From an uncultured delta proteobacterium (GTDB lineage Bacteria; Myxococcota_A; Polyangia; Polyangiales; Polyangiaceae): 64,000 nucleotides of DNA. This document shows, one piece after another, positions 9,655 through 19,343 of the stretch. The stretch covers positions 2,080,001-2,144,000 of the forward strand of contig CAWDXG010000004.1 in NCBI GenBank assembly GCA_963806225.1. The letters are read 5' to 3'. Each line of letters begins with the position of its first letter. Positions within the stretch are counted from its first letter, which is position 1. The translations under genes were made by a program, and so were the position numbers. The notes beneath the pieces were generated by a model. It was given only the letters and a program-made list of their open reading frames with translations, did not search any database and was not told where the DNA came from.

Positions 9655-10571
9655 TAAACTACCGCCAGCAGCAGCAGCGCCGCGACGCCGTTGTGCATCA
9701 CGGCGATCGGCAGTGGCAGACCCAGGAGCACGTTGCCGATGCCGAGCGCGATCTGCAGGCCGAGCAGCGCAAGCAGCATGCCGCCGCTGGTCTTGAGCCG
9801 CGGTCGGCCGCTCCAGAGACAGCGAACGGCCAGCGCGCCCACCACGATCGCGGTGACGACTGCGCCGATGCGGTGCACAAGCTGGATCGCCACGCGCGCC
9901 GGACCACCCAGCACGCCGTACTCGTAGCTCACGCCCAGCTTGTGCCAGGGCACGAACGCCGCCGCGAAGTTCGCGTGTGGCCACCAGCTGCCGCGGCACA
10001 GGGGGAAATCCGGGCACGCCAGCGCCGCGTAGTTCGAGCTGGTCCAACCGCCCAGCATCACCTGCAGGATGACCACACCGAGCGCCACGCGCGCCAGCGT
10101 GACCAGTCCGCGCGAAGCGCCGCCCACCGGTCGCGAGCCGATCAGCCCGAGCAGCGCCAGCCACAGCAGCACCGCCATGCTGAAGCCGCCGAGCAGGTGC
10201 CCCATCACCACCAGCGGCTCGAGCTTCATCGTGACGGTCCACGCGCCGAGCACCGCCTGGAAGATCACCACGCCCGCCGCCAGCGGCAAGAGCCAGCGCT
10301 CGCGCCCCTGCCTGCGGCGCCAGGCCATCACCGCCAGCACCATCACCAGCAGGCCGAAGCTGCCGGCGAAGTAGCGGTGGATCATCTCCTTCCACGCCTT
10401 GGCCGGCTCCACCCCTACGCCCGGCTTGACCAGCGCGTGACCGTAGCAGCCCGGCCAGTCCGGACACCCGAGCCCTGCGTCGTTCAGCCTCACCCACGCG
10501 CCTAGCATGATGATGCCCAGCGCCAGCACCAGCGCGGCGGCCGTCAGACGGCGGAGCAAGCGGGTCGACAT
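9570..10571 (-). CDS. ctaA: Heme A synthase (COX15/CtaA)
   Basis: LGAWVRL..AGLGCPDWPGC, EMIHRY, VMGHLLGG, ACPDFPLC, LVHR, VMHN; multiple TM helices. Confidence 0.9.
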   Translation of the reverse strand: MSTRLLRRLTAAALVLALGIIMLGAWVRLNDAGLGCPDWPGCYGHALVKPGVGVEPAKAWKEMIHRYFAGSFGLLVMVLAVMAWRRRQGRERWLLPLAAGVVIFQAVLGAWTVTMKLEPLVVMGHLLGGFSMAVLLWLALLGLIGSRPVGGASRGLVTLARVALGVVILQVMLGGWTSSNYAALACPDFPLCRGSWWPHANFAAAFVPWHKLGVSYEYGVLGGPARVAIQLVHRIGAVVTAIVVGALAVRCLWSGRPRLKTSGGMLLALLGLQIALGIGNVLLGLPLPIAVMHNGVAALLLLAVVYHADVLRPGVAAPEASSDASAPVDVHAS

Positions 10572-10663
10572 CGCGGCGGAGGCTACCGGGTGGTGCGGGG
10601 CCGCGCCTTGATGGATGTCAGTGCCGGAGGCAAACTGGCGGCACCCGCAGCTGCAACCGCCCC

Positions 10664-10885
10664 ATGACCATTGTCGCCCTGTTCACGGACAAGCAGAAAA
10701 CCGATCGCGCGGTCGACGCGTTGCTCGAACACCACTTCAAGCCGGAACAGATCACGGTGAGCCCGCCGGCGCGGGCCGAGGACCCGTATCCGGACGGCAG
10801 CATCCGCGTGCAGGTCGTGACCGACGACCGCCGGGACATCGCTTTCCGGATTTTCGAGGACAGCGGCGCGCTGGACATCTCGTAG
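10664..10885 (+). CDS. Small hypothetical protein (73 aa)
   Basis: High-GC3 codon usage and natural-looking composition; fills an intergenic gap. Confidence 0.65.
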   Translation: MTIVALFTDKQKTDRAVDALLEHHFKPEQITVSPPARAEDPYPDGSIRVQVVTDDRRDIAFRIFEDSGALDIS

Positions 10886-11015
10886 CTGGCGAGGGGCAGC
10901 CCGCGCCCTCGGCGCGAAAGCGTCCGACCCCGGCGCCGCGTCCTGACGCTCACTCGATGCACACGCCGGGCGCCACGTCGAGATTGCGCGCGCCGTCCAG
11001 AACACCGCCCGCGGG

Positions 11016-11873
11016 TCACGGCGGCGATCGACGGCTGACTTCCTTGAACGCGTCCTTGACGAGCGTCGTTTTGCGCAGGCACGACCAGCAGTCGGCGAGC
11101 TTCTTCGGCCCACATCCGTGTTTGGCGTTCAGGTGCACGATCGGCACCTGCGAGCGCCGGTCGCCCTTGTCCTTGGCGCGCTCGAGCAGCTTCGCCATCT
11201 TGGCGCAGTCGGTCTCGTTGCGCAGATCCAGCGCGAGCTGCAGCGCTTCCGACGCCTTGGGTCGCACGTCCTTGCTGTACAGGAGCTGTTCGGCCAGCTC
11301 CGTCGTGTCCGTGGTGCGGTGCGTGTGCGCCCACACCGTATACAGGAGGTCTGGACCGACCGGGCCGGGCAGCTTCGCCAGCGTCGCGAGCATGTCGTTA
11401 CCGACCTCGCGATCGTCTGCGAGCCCCTCGATCTTCTTCTTCGTGGCGCGGTCCCGGCCGAGCTTCTGCACCAGCTTGATCTTGCGACCGAGCTCGTCGA
11501 TCTGCTTTTCCTTGGCGACTCGGCGAGCGCTCGCCAGCGCGAGATCCTGCTCGGCCGTGCGCTGCTCGCGCGGCATCTTCTGCAGCTCGGCGACGGCGTC
11601 CTTGTCCCCCTTGGCGGCGCGCTGTTCGAGCGTGAGCTCGGGCGGCGCCGCACTGGCCGATGCGCTGGGCCGGGGCCCTGGCTTCGCGCTGGCGGAGGCG
11701 ACCGGCGCCGGCGCCGGCGCCGGTGAACGTAGAAGGACCATGGCGATGGCCGTCAGCGCGCCTCCAACGACGAGGCCCGCGATCGCGGCAATAACGATGG
11801 GAGCGCTGGACCGGGGTGGCGGCGAAGGCGGCAAGGTGGGCAACGGGCCCTGCTCGAATCCAGGCTGGTTCAT
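11016..11873 (-). CDS. Hypothetical single-TM protein with Pro-rich linker and Cys-containing extracytoplasmic domain
   Basis: MNQPGF start, TM IVIAAIAGLVVGGALTAIAMVLL, PAPAP linker, C-terminal HGCG...DCWSCLR. Confidence 0.75.
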   Translation of the reverse strand: MNQPGFEQGPLPTLPPSPPPRSSAPIVIAAIAGLVVGGALTAIAMVLLRSPAPAPAPVASASAKPGPRPSASASAAPPELTLEQRAAKGDKDAVAELQKMPREQRTAEQDLALASARRVAKEKQIDELGRKIKLVQKLGRDRATKKKIEGLADDREVGNDMLATLAKLPGPVGPDLLYTVWAHTHRTTDTTELAEQLLYSKDVRPKASEALQLALDLRNETDCAKMAKLLERAKDKGDRRSQVPIVHLNAKHGCGPKKLADCWSCLRKTTLVKDAFKEVSRRSPP

Positions 11874-12097
11874 TGTCCGCTCCGACCCACCATAGGGAAG
11901 CGGAGCCCGCGGGTGCAAGCTCCGCGGCACGCTGTGCTGTGCCGGACTGTGCCATCCCCGCGCGCGGCGTCGCGGTCGAGAGAGGGGAGACGCGGGGATC
12001 CAGGCCGGATCCGCGTACGGCACGGAACTTGGATCAGTCCCCTGAGCCAGCTGCGCGCCGCGCTGGGTACGGCGCGCTGGCACCCGGGGAGAGAGAA

Positions 12098-15000
12098 ATG
12101 TCGACTCGAAACACGGCCTGGACGCGCGTCCGACAGCTCGGAATGCTGGCCCTGCTGGCGACGGTAACGGCAGGGGGGTGTTCCGGCTCGCCTGGCACAT
12201 CGGCCCCAGGCGGCGACCGGCCCTCCAACGGGACCATCCGTATCGACGAGGCCAAGCTCGTCGGAACGGCCGATGCCGGCCAGATCAGCATCGACATTCC
12301 AGTCGAAGCGCTGAACAACGCGCACGGCAAGCTGAACGTCTCGCTGCGCAGCGTGGACGGCTCCAGGGTCCTCGCGAGCACCCGCGCGGGCTACGACATC
12401 CCAGCCGGCAAGACGGCGCATCTGGCTGCCGCGTTCAACCTGCCCGCGGGCGTGGGCAGGCAGGCCGACTGGGTTCGCGACAACCTCAGGATCGATGACG
12501 GGTCCGCGAAGGGTCTGCGTGTCACCGCAAGCCTGCTGCGCGTGATGTCGCCCTACGAGCTCCAGCTCGAAGGCCCGCAGACCCTCTCGAAGGGCAAAGC
12601 CGTCTCCTATCGCATCCACGCGCAGGATCCGTTCACGCGCGCACCGCGCGCGGACCAGGCGGTCGTGCTGCAGATCAAGCAGGGCAACAAGCTCGTCGAG
12701 GAGCACTCCGCCACCACCGACAAGAAGGGCGACGCGGTGATCCCCGTACAGCTCCAGCAGACCGGCAGCTTCACGGTGCTGGCGCGGACCGACGCCGAAG
12801 GCACCAGCGAGAGCCTCTCGGGCGGCGTCGATGTGGCCGAGCCCGGACGCAAGGTGCTGCTGACCACCGACAAGCCCATCTACCAGCCGGGCCAGACGAT
12901 CCACCTGCGCGCGCTGGCGCTAGCGCCGCCCCAGAACACGCCGCTCGTGAACAAGCCGGTCACTTTCGAGATCGAGGACGGCAAGGGCAACAAGATCCTC
13001 AAGCGCGATCTCTCGACCGACAAGTATGGCATCGCCGCGACCCACTTCACGCTCGGCCGCATCCTGAACATGGGCACGTTCAAGGTGCGCGCGATCGTGG
13101 ACGGCACCACGACCGAGAAGACGGTGAACGTGTCGCACTACGCACTGCCGAAATTCAACGTCGGCGTGAGCGTCGACCGGAAGTGGTACGAGCCAGGCGA
13201 CACGCTGAAGGGAACGCTCGACGCGGGCTACTTCTTCGGCAAGCCGGTCGCGGGGGCGGCCGTTACCATCGAGGGCATCTCGCTCGACGTTGGGGAAACC
13301 GTGTTCCAGAAGGTCGTCGGCAAGACCAACAGCACAGGGCAGATGAGCTTTTCGCTCGGGCTGCCGACGAGCCTGGTGGGACTGCCGCTCGACCAAGGCA
13401 ACGCGCTCTTGAACGTGCGCGCCACCGTCACGGACACCGCCGGCCAGCAGGTGAAGAAGGAGACGCCGGTGACCGTGGCCCAGAGCCCGGTGCACGTCGT
13501 GCTGGTACCCGAGGCGACTGATCTGGTGCCCGGCGTGGAGAACCGGCTGCAGCTGTTCGTCAGCGATCCGCTTGGCGCGCCCATCGGCGGCGCCGCGGCC
13601 AAGGTGCAGCTCGGCAGCCAGACGCTGGACACCACGACAGACGGCTTCGGCTACGCGGAGGTCAAGTGGACGCCGGCCGCGGGCGACAGCGCCACCATCA
13701 CTGCGACGGTCACGCCCGTCAACGGCACAGCAATCCACCAGAAGTTCACGTTCTCCGAGCAGACCGGCAACGAGCACGTGTTGGTTCGCACGGACAAGGC
13801 CGTCTACGCCGTCGGCGACACGGTCAAGGTGCAGGTCGTCGTCGACAAGCCCGAAGCCCACGTCTACGTCGATTGGCTCAACGAGGGGCAGGCCGTGGAC
13901 ATGCGTACCCTCGACCCGACGAACGGCGTGGCCAGCTTCACGATGCCGCTCGACACGACACTGCTCGGCACGAACCGCGTCGAGGCCTACGTCGTGGACA
14001 ACGACGGCAACACGATCCGCGCCGGGCGCACGCTGTTTGCGCGCACCAACGCGGCGCTCGACGTGAGCCTGACCACGGACAAGAGCCAGTACCGCCCCGG
14101 CCAGCCCGCCAAGCTCACGTTCTCGGTGAAGGACGAGAACGGCAATCCGACGGTAGCCGCACTCGGAGTGCAGGTCGTCGATGAAGCCGTGTTCTCGCTG
14201 ATCGACGCGCGCCCGGGGCTCTTGTCCACGTACTTCGAGCTGGAAGACGCGTATTCGAAGCCGCAGTACGAGATCCAGGCGCCGCCTGGCTCGCTCTCCG
14301 ATCTGCTGTTCGACAAGACGCGCTCCAGCGACCCGGCCGAGGCCGAGGCCGCGCAGGAGAAGGCGCAAGCGTCACTCGCCGCGCTCGGCGGCAAGTCCTT
14401 CACGGGGCTGCACCTGGCCAGCTGGAGCCAGGTCCAGGCCAAGGCGCAGCAGATCCTGCAGCCGTACTACGACACGGAGAAACAGCGGCTCACGACTGTC
14501 CTCGGCCCCGTCGTCCAGGCGCAGGTGAACGCACTCATCGCCGAGGGCTGCTCGACGCAGACCTACTACTGCCAGGCCCTCGGCACCGACTTCCCCTCCG
14601 CGCTCGCCCAGCGGCTGAAGGACCATTTCGCGGTCTACGACTTCTGGGGCAACCGCTACGAGGACGAATCGACGAGCTACGACTGGTCGATCCGCCTCCG
14701 GACATCGGGGCCCGACGAGAAGGCCGGCACCGCCGATGACGCGCAGATCGCCATCCCGTACACCGATCTCGGTCTCGACGCCGGCATGTATCCGCCCATG
14801 GCGGGTGCCGGCACGGGAGGCGCTGGCGGCGGGCTCGACATGGGAGGCGCCGGCGCAGGCGGTGCGTCGGCGGGCGGCGCTGGCGGCTCCGGCGGCTCGG
14901 CGGCGCCGCGCGTGCGCAAGGACTTCCCGGAGACGCTCTACGTCAATCCCGAGGTCATCACCGGCCCCGACGGCAAGGCCACGATCGACGTCGGCATGGC

Positions 15001-17002
15001 CGACAGCATCACCCAGTGGCGCGTCTCCACGCTGGCGCACTCGGCGGACGGCAAGCTCGGCGGCGGGCAAGGCGGCATCAAGGTCTTCCAGGACTTCTTC
15101 GCCGACATCAGCTTCCCCGCGACGCTGACGCGCGGCGACGAGGTGTCGTTCCCGATCGCGGTCTACAACTACCTGTCGACGCCGCAGACGGTGAAGCTCG
15201 TGCTGTCGCCGGGCTCCTGGTACACGCCGCTCGGCGCGACGACGCAGAGCGTGGACGTGGGACCCGGCGAGGTGGTGGGCGCGCGCTTCCCGGTGCGGGT
15301 GAACGAGGTGGGCGTCCAGACGCTCACCGTCACCGCCACGGGCAGCGCCGCCTCCGACGCGCTGGCGCGCAAGGTGCTGGTCGTGCCGGACGGCAAGGAA
15401 TTCCCGAACGCGATCTCCGGTTCCCTGGCTGCGGGCAGCGTGCAACAAGGCGTGAGCTTCCCGGCCAATGCCGTGCCGGGCTCGGACGAGCTGTATCTCG
15501 AGGTCTACCCGGCGTTCCTGTCGCAGGTCGTCACCGGGATGGACAGCATGCTGCAGGCGCCGAACGGCTGCTTCGAGCAGACCACGTCGACGACCTGGCC
15601 GAACGTGCTCGTGACCCGCTACATGACGCAGACGGGGCAGATCACACCTGCCATCCAGATGAAGGCCGAGAGCCTGATCTCGGCGGGCTACCAGCGGCTG
15701 CTCACCTTCGAGCACAAGGGCGGCGGCTTCTCGTGGTTCGGCGAGCAGGACCCGGCGCCGTACCTTTCGGTCACGGCGTTCGGCGTGATGGAGTTCGCCG
15801 ACATGGCCAAGGTGCAGCCCGTCGACCCGGCCATGCTGCAGCGCACCGTGAGCTGGCTGGCAGGTCAGCAGCAGCCCGACGGCTCGTGGAAGGGCGACCA
15901 GTCGGAGTTCTTCACTTTCAAGACCAGCACGCTCCGCAACACGGCGTTCACCGTATGGGCGCTGGCGGCGGCCGACTACACCGGACCCGAGATGCAGAGC
16001 GGCATCTCGTACGTGAAGTCGCAGCTCGGCACCGACGAGGATCCGTACACGCTCGGCCTCGTCGCCAACGCCTTCGCCAAGGCCGCACCGGCCGACCCGG
16101 CCCTGACCAGCGTGCTTTCCGATCTCGACAAGAAGAAGCACGTCGACGGCGACAAGGTGTACTGGGACTCGGAGGGCACCCAGACCAACTTCTACGGCGG
16201 CGGCAACGACGCCGCGGTCACGGCCACCGCTCTGGTCGCGCACGCGATGCTCCAATCGGGCAGCTACAAGAGCGACGTGGACGGCGCCCTGACCTACTTG
16301 ACCAGCTCCAAGGACCCGCAGGGCAACTTCGGCTCGACGCAGGCCACGATCTGGACGCTGCGCACGCTGCTGCTCGCCGCCGAGAAAGGCACCGAAGGCG
16401 CCGTCGGCAACTTCGAGGTCGACGTGGACGGCACCCCGTTCACCACGCTGTCACTGACTGCAGACAAGCCGGACGTCATGACCACCGTGGACATGAAGTC
16501 CTTCGCGACGCAGGGCTCGCACCAGGTCAAGCTCTCCTTCGTCGGCACCGGCAAGGTCAGCTACAACCTCGTCGCGAAACACAACCTGGCCTGGGCGGAT
16601 GTCCCAGCCGATCCGGCGGGCCCGCTGTCGATCGACATCAGCTACGACAAGACCTCGCTGGCCGTGGACGACACCGTGCAGGCTACGGTCCACGTCATCA
16701 ACAACACGTCGAGCATCCAGAACATGGCCATCGTCACGCTCGGCCTCCCGCCCGGCTTCGCCGTGCTCACCGAGGACCTCGACGCGTACAAGCAGAACGG
16801 CCAGCTCTCGACCTACGAGCTCACCGGCAAGCAGCTCACCCTGTATCTGAGCGCCCTGTCCGCGGGCTCCACCACGACGTTCAAGTACCGCCTGCGCGCC
16901 ACCATGCCCGTCAAGGCCAGCGACGGCGGGGCCGCCGTCTACCTCTACTACCAGCCCGATCAGAAGGCCTCTGCGCCCGAGACGGTGCTCCAGGCCAACT
17001 GA
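12098..17002 (+). CDS. Alpha-2-macroglobulin family lipoprotein with intact thioester motif
   Basis: Lipobox-like AGGC; MG domains TDKPIYQPGQ, TDKAVY and TDKSQYRPG; VRKDFPET; DSITQW; thioester GCFEQ at 15566-15580; receptor-binding-like C-terminus (LPPGF...YLYYQP). Confidence 0.92.
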   Translation: MSTRNTAWTRVRQLGMLALLATVTAGGCSGSPGTSAPGGDRPSNGTIRIDEAKLVGTADAGQISIDIPVEALNNAHGKLNVSLRSVDGSRVLASTRAGYDIPAGKTAHLAAAFNLPAGVGRQADWVRDNLRIDDGSAKGLRVTASLLRVMSPYELQLEGPQTLSKGKAVSYRIHAQDPFTRAPRADQAVVLQIKQGNKLVEEHSATTDKKGDAVIPVQLQQTGSFTVLARTDAEGTSESLSGGVDVAEPGRKVLLTTDKPIYQPGQTIHLRALALAPPQNTPLVNKPVTFEIEDGKGNKILKRDLSTDKYGIAATHFTLGRILNMGTFKVRAIVDGTTTEKTVNVSHYALPKFNVGVSVDRKWYEPGDTLKGTLDAGYFFGKPVAGAAVTIEGISLDVGETVFQKVVGKTNSTGQMSFSLGLPTSLVGLPLDQGNALLNVRATVTDTAGQQVKKETPVTVAQSPVHVVLVPEATDLVPGVENRLQLFVSDPLGAPIGGAAAKVQLGSQTLDTTTDGFGYAEVKWTPAAGDSATITATVTPVNGTAIHQKFTFSEQTGNEHVLVRTDKAVYAVGDTVKVQVVVDKPEAHVYVDWLNEGQAVDMRTLDPTNGVASFTMPLDTTLLGTNRVEAYVVDNDGNTIRAGRTLFARTNAALDVSLTTDKSQYRPGQPAKLTFSVKDENGNPTVAALGVQVVDEAVFSLIDARPGLLSTYFELEDAYSKPQYEIQAPPGSLSDLLFDKTRSSDPAEAEAAQEKAQASLAALGGKSFTGLHLASWSQVQAKAQQILQPYYDTEKQRLTTVLGPVVQAQVNALIAEGCSTQTYYCQALGTDFPSALAQRLKDHFAVYDFWGNRYEDESTSYDWSIRLRTSGPDEKAGTADDAQIAIPYTDLGLDAGMYPPMAGAGTGGAGGGLDMGGAGAGGASAGGAGGSGGSAAPRVRKDFPETLYVNPEVITGPDGKATIDVGMADSITQWRVSTLAHSADGKLGGGQGGIKVFQDFFADISFPATLTRGDEVSFPIAVYNYLSTPQTVKLVLSPGSWYTPLGATTQSVDVGPGEVVGARFPVRVNEVGVQTLTVTATGSAASDALARKVLVVPDGKEFPNAISGSLAAGSVQQGVSFPANAVPGSDELYLEVYPAFLSQVVTGMDSMLQAPNGCFEQTTSTTWPNVLVTRYMTQTGQITPAIQMKAESLISAGYQRLLTFEHKGGGFSWFGEQDPAPYLSVTAFGVMEFADMAKVQPVDPAMLQRTVSWLAGQQQPDGSWKGDQSEFFTFKTSTLRNTAFTVWALAAADYTGPEMQSGISYVKSQLGTDEDPYTLGLVANAFAKAAPADPALTSVLSDLDKKKHVDGDKVYWDSEGTQTNFYGGGNDAAVTATALVAHAMLQSGSYKSDVDGALTYLTSSKDPQGNFGSTQATIWTLRTLLLAAEKGTEGAVGNFEVDVDGTPFTTLSLTADKPDVMTTVDMKSFATQGSHQVKLSFVGTGKVSYNLVAKHNLAWADVPADPAGPLSIDISYDKTSLAVDDTVQATVHVINNTSSIQNMAIVTLGLPPGFAVLTEDLDAYKQNGQLSTYELTGKQLTLYLSALSAGSTTTFKYRLRATMPVKASDGGAAVYLYYQPDQKASAPETVLQAN

Positions 17003-17197
17003 GCCGAGCGGTCGGGCCAACAAAGGGAGTTCTTGCGTGCTGACGGGCATCAGGGCGCAACCTGTGCGCGTTACCCAGCGCAAGCCTTGCGCGAATCCGT
17101 TCCTGGGCCGCCGGCCGGGGGCATGATCGTCGCCATTTCCTGCCATTTTCGGCGCAAGGCCTGCGCGGGAACGGGAATTGCTCACGCAGCGGGCACT

Positions 17198-17908
17198 GTG
17201 TTCGACCCCATCCTCAAGCACACCGGTGCATTTTCTGAAGTTGATCCGGAAGTCCTCCAGCGTCTGGAAGCTTCCGGCACAAGCCACAGCGCCCGCCAGG
17301 GCGACGCCTTCTGGCGTCGCGGCGACGCGCCGCTGGGGCTGGTCGTGATCAAGCACGGCCTGGTCAAGCTCGTGCGCTCCAACGCGCGCGGGCGCTCGGT
17401 CGTGTGCGGCCTGCTCGGGCCGCTCGAAACGGTCGGCGACGTGGAGCTCGTCAGCGGCGACCCCTACGAAGCCGACGCCCTGGCCGCCAGCGCCTGGGCT
17501 AGCGTAGTCGTCATTCCGCGTGAAGCCGTGCTGGAAGGCATCAAGCGCGATCCGAAGCTCGCCGCGGCCCTCGCCGGCTGCGTCGAATCCGAGCTCGGCG
17601 CACTCGAGCTGGCCGTCGACGTGTTGAGCGCCGGCTCGGTGACCAAGCGCCTGGCGACACTGCTGCTCAAGCTGGACGAACGCTTCGGCGAAGAGGCCGA
17701 CGGCTGCCGCCGCATCCCCGTTCGCCTCTCGCGGCGCGATCTCGGCGAGTGCGTCTTCACGCACTTCGAGACCGCCATCCGCGTGATGGTCAAGTGGGAA
17801 CGCGACCACGTCGTCACGCGCGACGCCGGCGGGTTCCTCCTGCACGACCCGGCAGCTCTGCACAAGATCATCGGCGATCTCGAACAAGCCTCCACAGCTG
17901 CGGCCTGA
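17198..17908 (+). CDS. Crp/Fnr-family transcriptional regulator
   Basis: cNMP-binding barrel (GLVKLVR, GPLETVGD) plus HTH LSRRDLGE...ETAIR; start uncertain (GTG 17198). Confidence 0.85.
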   Translation: MFDPILKHTGAFSEVDPEVLQRLEASGTSHSARQGDAFWRRGDAPLGLVVIKHGLVKLVRSNARGRSVVCGLLGPLETVGDVELVSGDPYEADALAASAWASVVVIPREAVLEGIKRDPKLAAALAGCVESELGALELAVDVLSAGSVTKRLATLLLKLDERFGEEADGCRRIPVRLSRRDLGECVFTHFETAIRVMVKWERDHVVTRDAGGFLLHDPAALHKIIGDLEQASTAAA

Positions 17909-18163
17909 GCAGTCGGCCGCGCGTCCAGGCGCAGCATCCCCCCCTGACATGGGGGCACCCAACCAGGTCCCGGAGCAGGCCCGCTTCATCCGGCCCCGCA
18001 GCCCGCGTCCGGTGCGGTAGCAGGAAAACTCCGCTGCGGCGGCATGTTGCCCCTGGCTCGGCCTTTCTGCTGGCGCGGCGGCGACGTGAAGATAGGATTG
18101 ACGTCCATCAACGACCTGCCTTGCGGCGGATCGCTTCACGTCGACCGGAGGATGCTTGTGACG

Positions 18164-19300
18164 ATGCGACGCCTGTTCTGCGCGCTTGGGGTCTCTGTTT
18201 GCGCCTTGGCAACCGGCTGCGGCAGCTCCGGATCCGGCAACGGCGGATCGGCCACGGGCGGAGCCGGTGGCGCCAGCGGCGGCTCCGGCGGCTCGTCGAG
18301 CGGCGGCTCGTCGAGCGGCGGCTCGGCCGGGTCTGCAACGGGCGGCAGCGGCGGCTCGTCGAGCGGCGGCTCGGCCGGGTCTGCAACGGGCGGCAGCGGC
18401 GGCACCTCGAGCGGCGGCTCGTCGGGCAGCGGCGGCACCTCCGGCAGCGGCGGCACCTCCGGCAATCACATCAAGACCGTGTTCGTCATCCTGATGGAAA
18501 ACCACAACTGGTCCGCCATCAAGGGCAGCAGCAGCGCGCCCTACATCAATGGCACGCTCTTGCCGAAGAGCTCGTACGCGACGCAGTACTACAATCCGCC
18601 CGGCATCCACCCGAGCGAACCGAACTACATCTGGCTCGAGGCCGGGACGAACTTCGGCATCACGAACGACTCGAACCCGAGCTCCAACCACAAGAGCTCA
18701 ACCAAACATCTGGCGCGCCAGCTGAAGGACGCGAACATCAGCTGGAAGAGCTACCAGGAAGACATCACGGGCACCGTCTGTCCGCTGACCGGCGTGAAGG
18801 AATACGCGCCGAAGCACAACCCGAACGTCTTCTTCGACGACATGACGGGCAACCTCGACCCGAAAGACGCCTACTGCATCGCGCACAACCGGCCCTACAC
18901 CGAGCTGGCAACGGACATGTCAAAAAGCACCGTGCCTCGCTACGCCTTCATCACGCCGAACCTCTGCCACGACATGCACAACACCTGCGCGCCCCAGAAC
19001 AACTCGGTCAAACAGGGCGACGACTGGCTGAAGAGCGAGGTGCCGAAGATCATGGCGTCCAACGCCTACAAGGACAACGGCGCCCTCTTCATCACCTGGG
19101 ACGAGAGCGAAGGCGGCGATCACCCGATCGGCATGATCGTACTGTCCCCACTCGCCAAGGGCGGCGGCTACACCAGCAACATCAAGTACACGCACAGCTC
19201 CACGCTGCGCACGTTCCAGGAGATCTTCGGAGTCTCGCCGTTCCTCGGCGACGCGGCGAAGGCGACGGACCTCGGCGACCTGTTCAAGTCGTTCCCGTAG
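18164..19300 (+). CDS. Phosphoesterase family (acid phosphatase/phospholipase C-like) lipoprotein with Gly/Ser linker
   Basis: LATGC lipobox; VFVILMENH, HPSEPNY, KHNP, TPNLCHDMH, ITWDE, YTHSSTLRT; start could be 18158 or 18164. Confidence 0.9.
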   Translation: MRRLFCALGVSVCALATGCGSSGSGNGGSATGGAGGASGGSGGSSSGGSSSGGSAGSATGGSGGSSSGGSAGSATGGSGGTSSGGSSGSGGTSGSGGTSGNHIKTVFVILMENHNWSAIKGSSSAPYINGTLLPKSSYATQYYNPPGIHPSEPNYIWLEAGTNFGITNDSNPSSNHKSSTKHLARQLKDANISWKSYQEDITGTVCPLTGVKEYAPKHNPNVFFDDMTGNLDPKDAYCIAHNRPYTELATDMSKSTVPRYAFITPNLCHDMHNTCAPQNNSVKQGDDWLKSEVPKIMASNAYKDNGALFITWDESEGGDHPIGMIVLSPLAKGGGYTSNIKYTHSSTLRTFQEIFGVSPFLGDAAKATDLGDLFKSFP

Positions 19301-19343
19301 TTCCTGCAGGACCGAGTGGCCGGAGCAGGGACGCCAGAGGGCG

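Noticed and set aside
12920..18691. Long antisense and alternate-frame ORFs over the macroglobulin gene and elsewhere in the window
   Set aside because: Typical high-GC shadow ORFs, Arg/Ala/Gly-rich without motifs, overlapping well-supported genes
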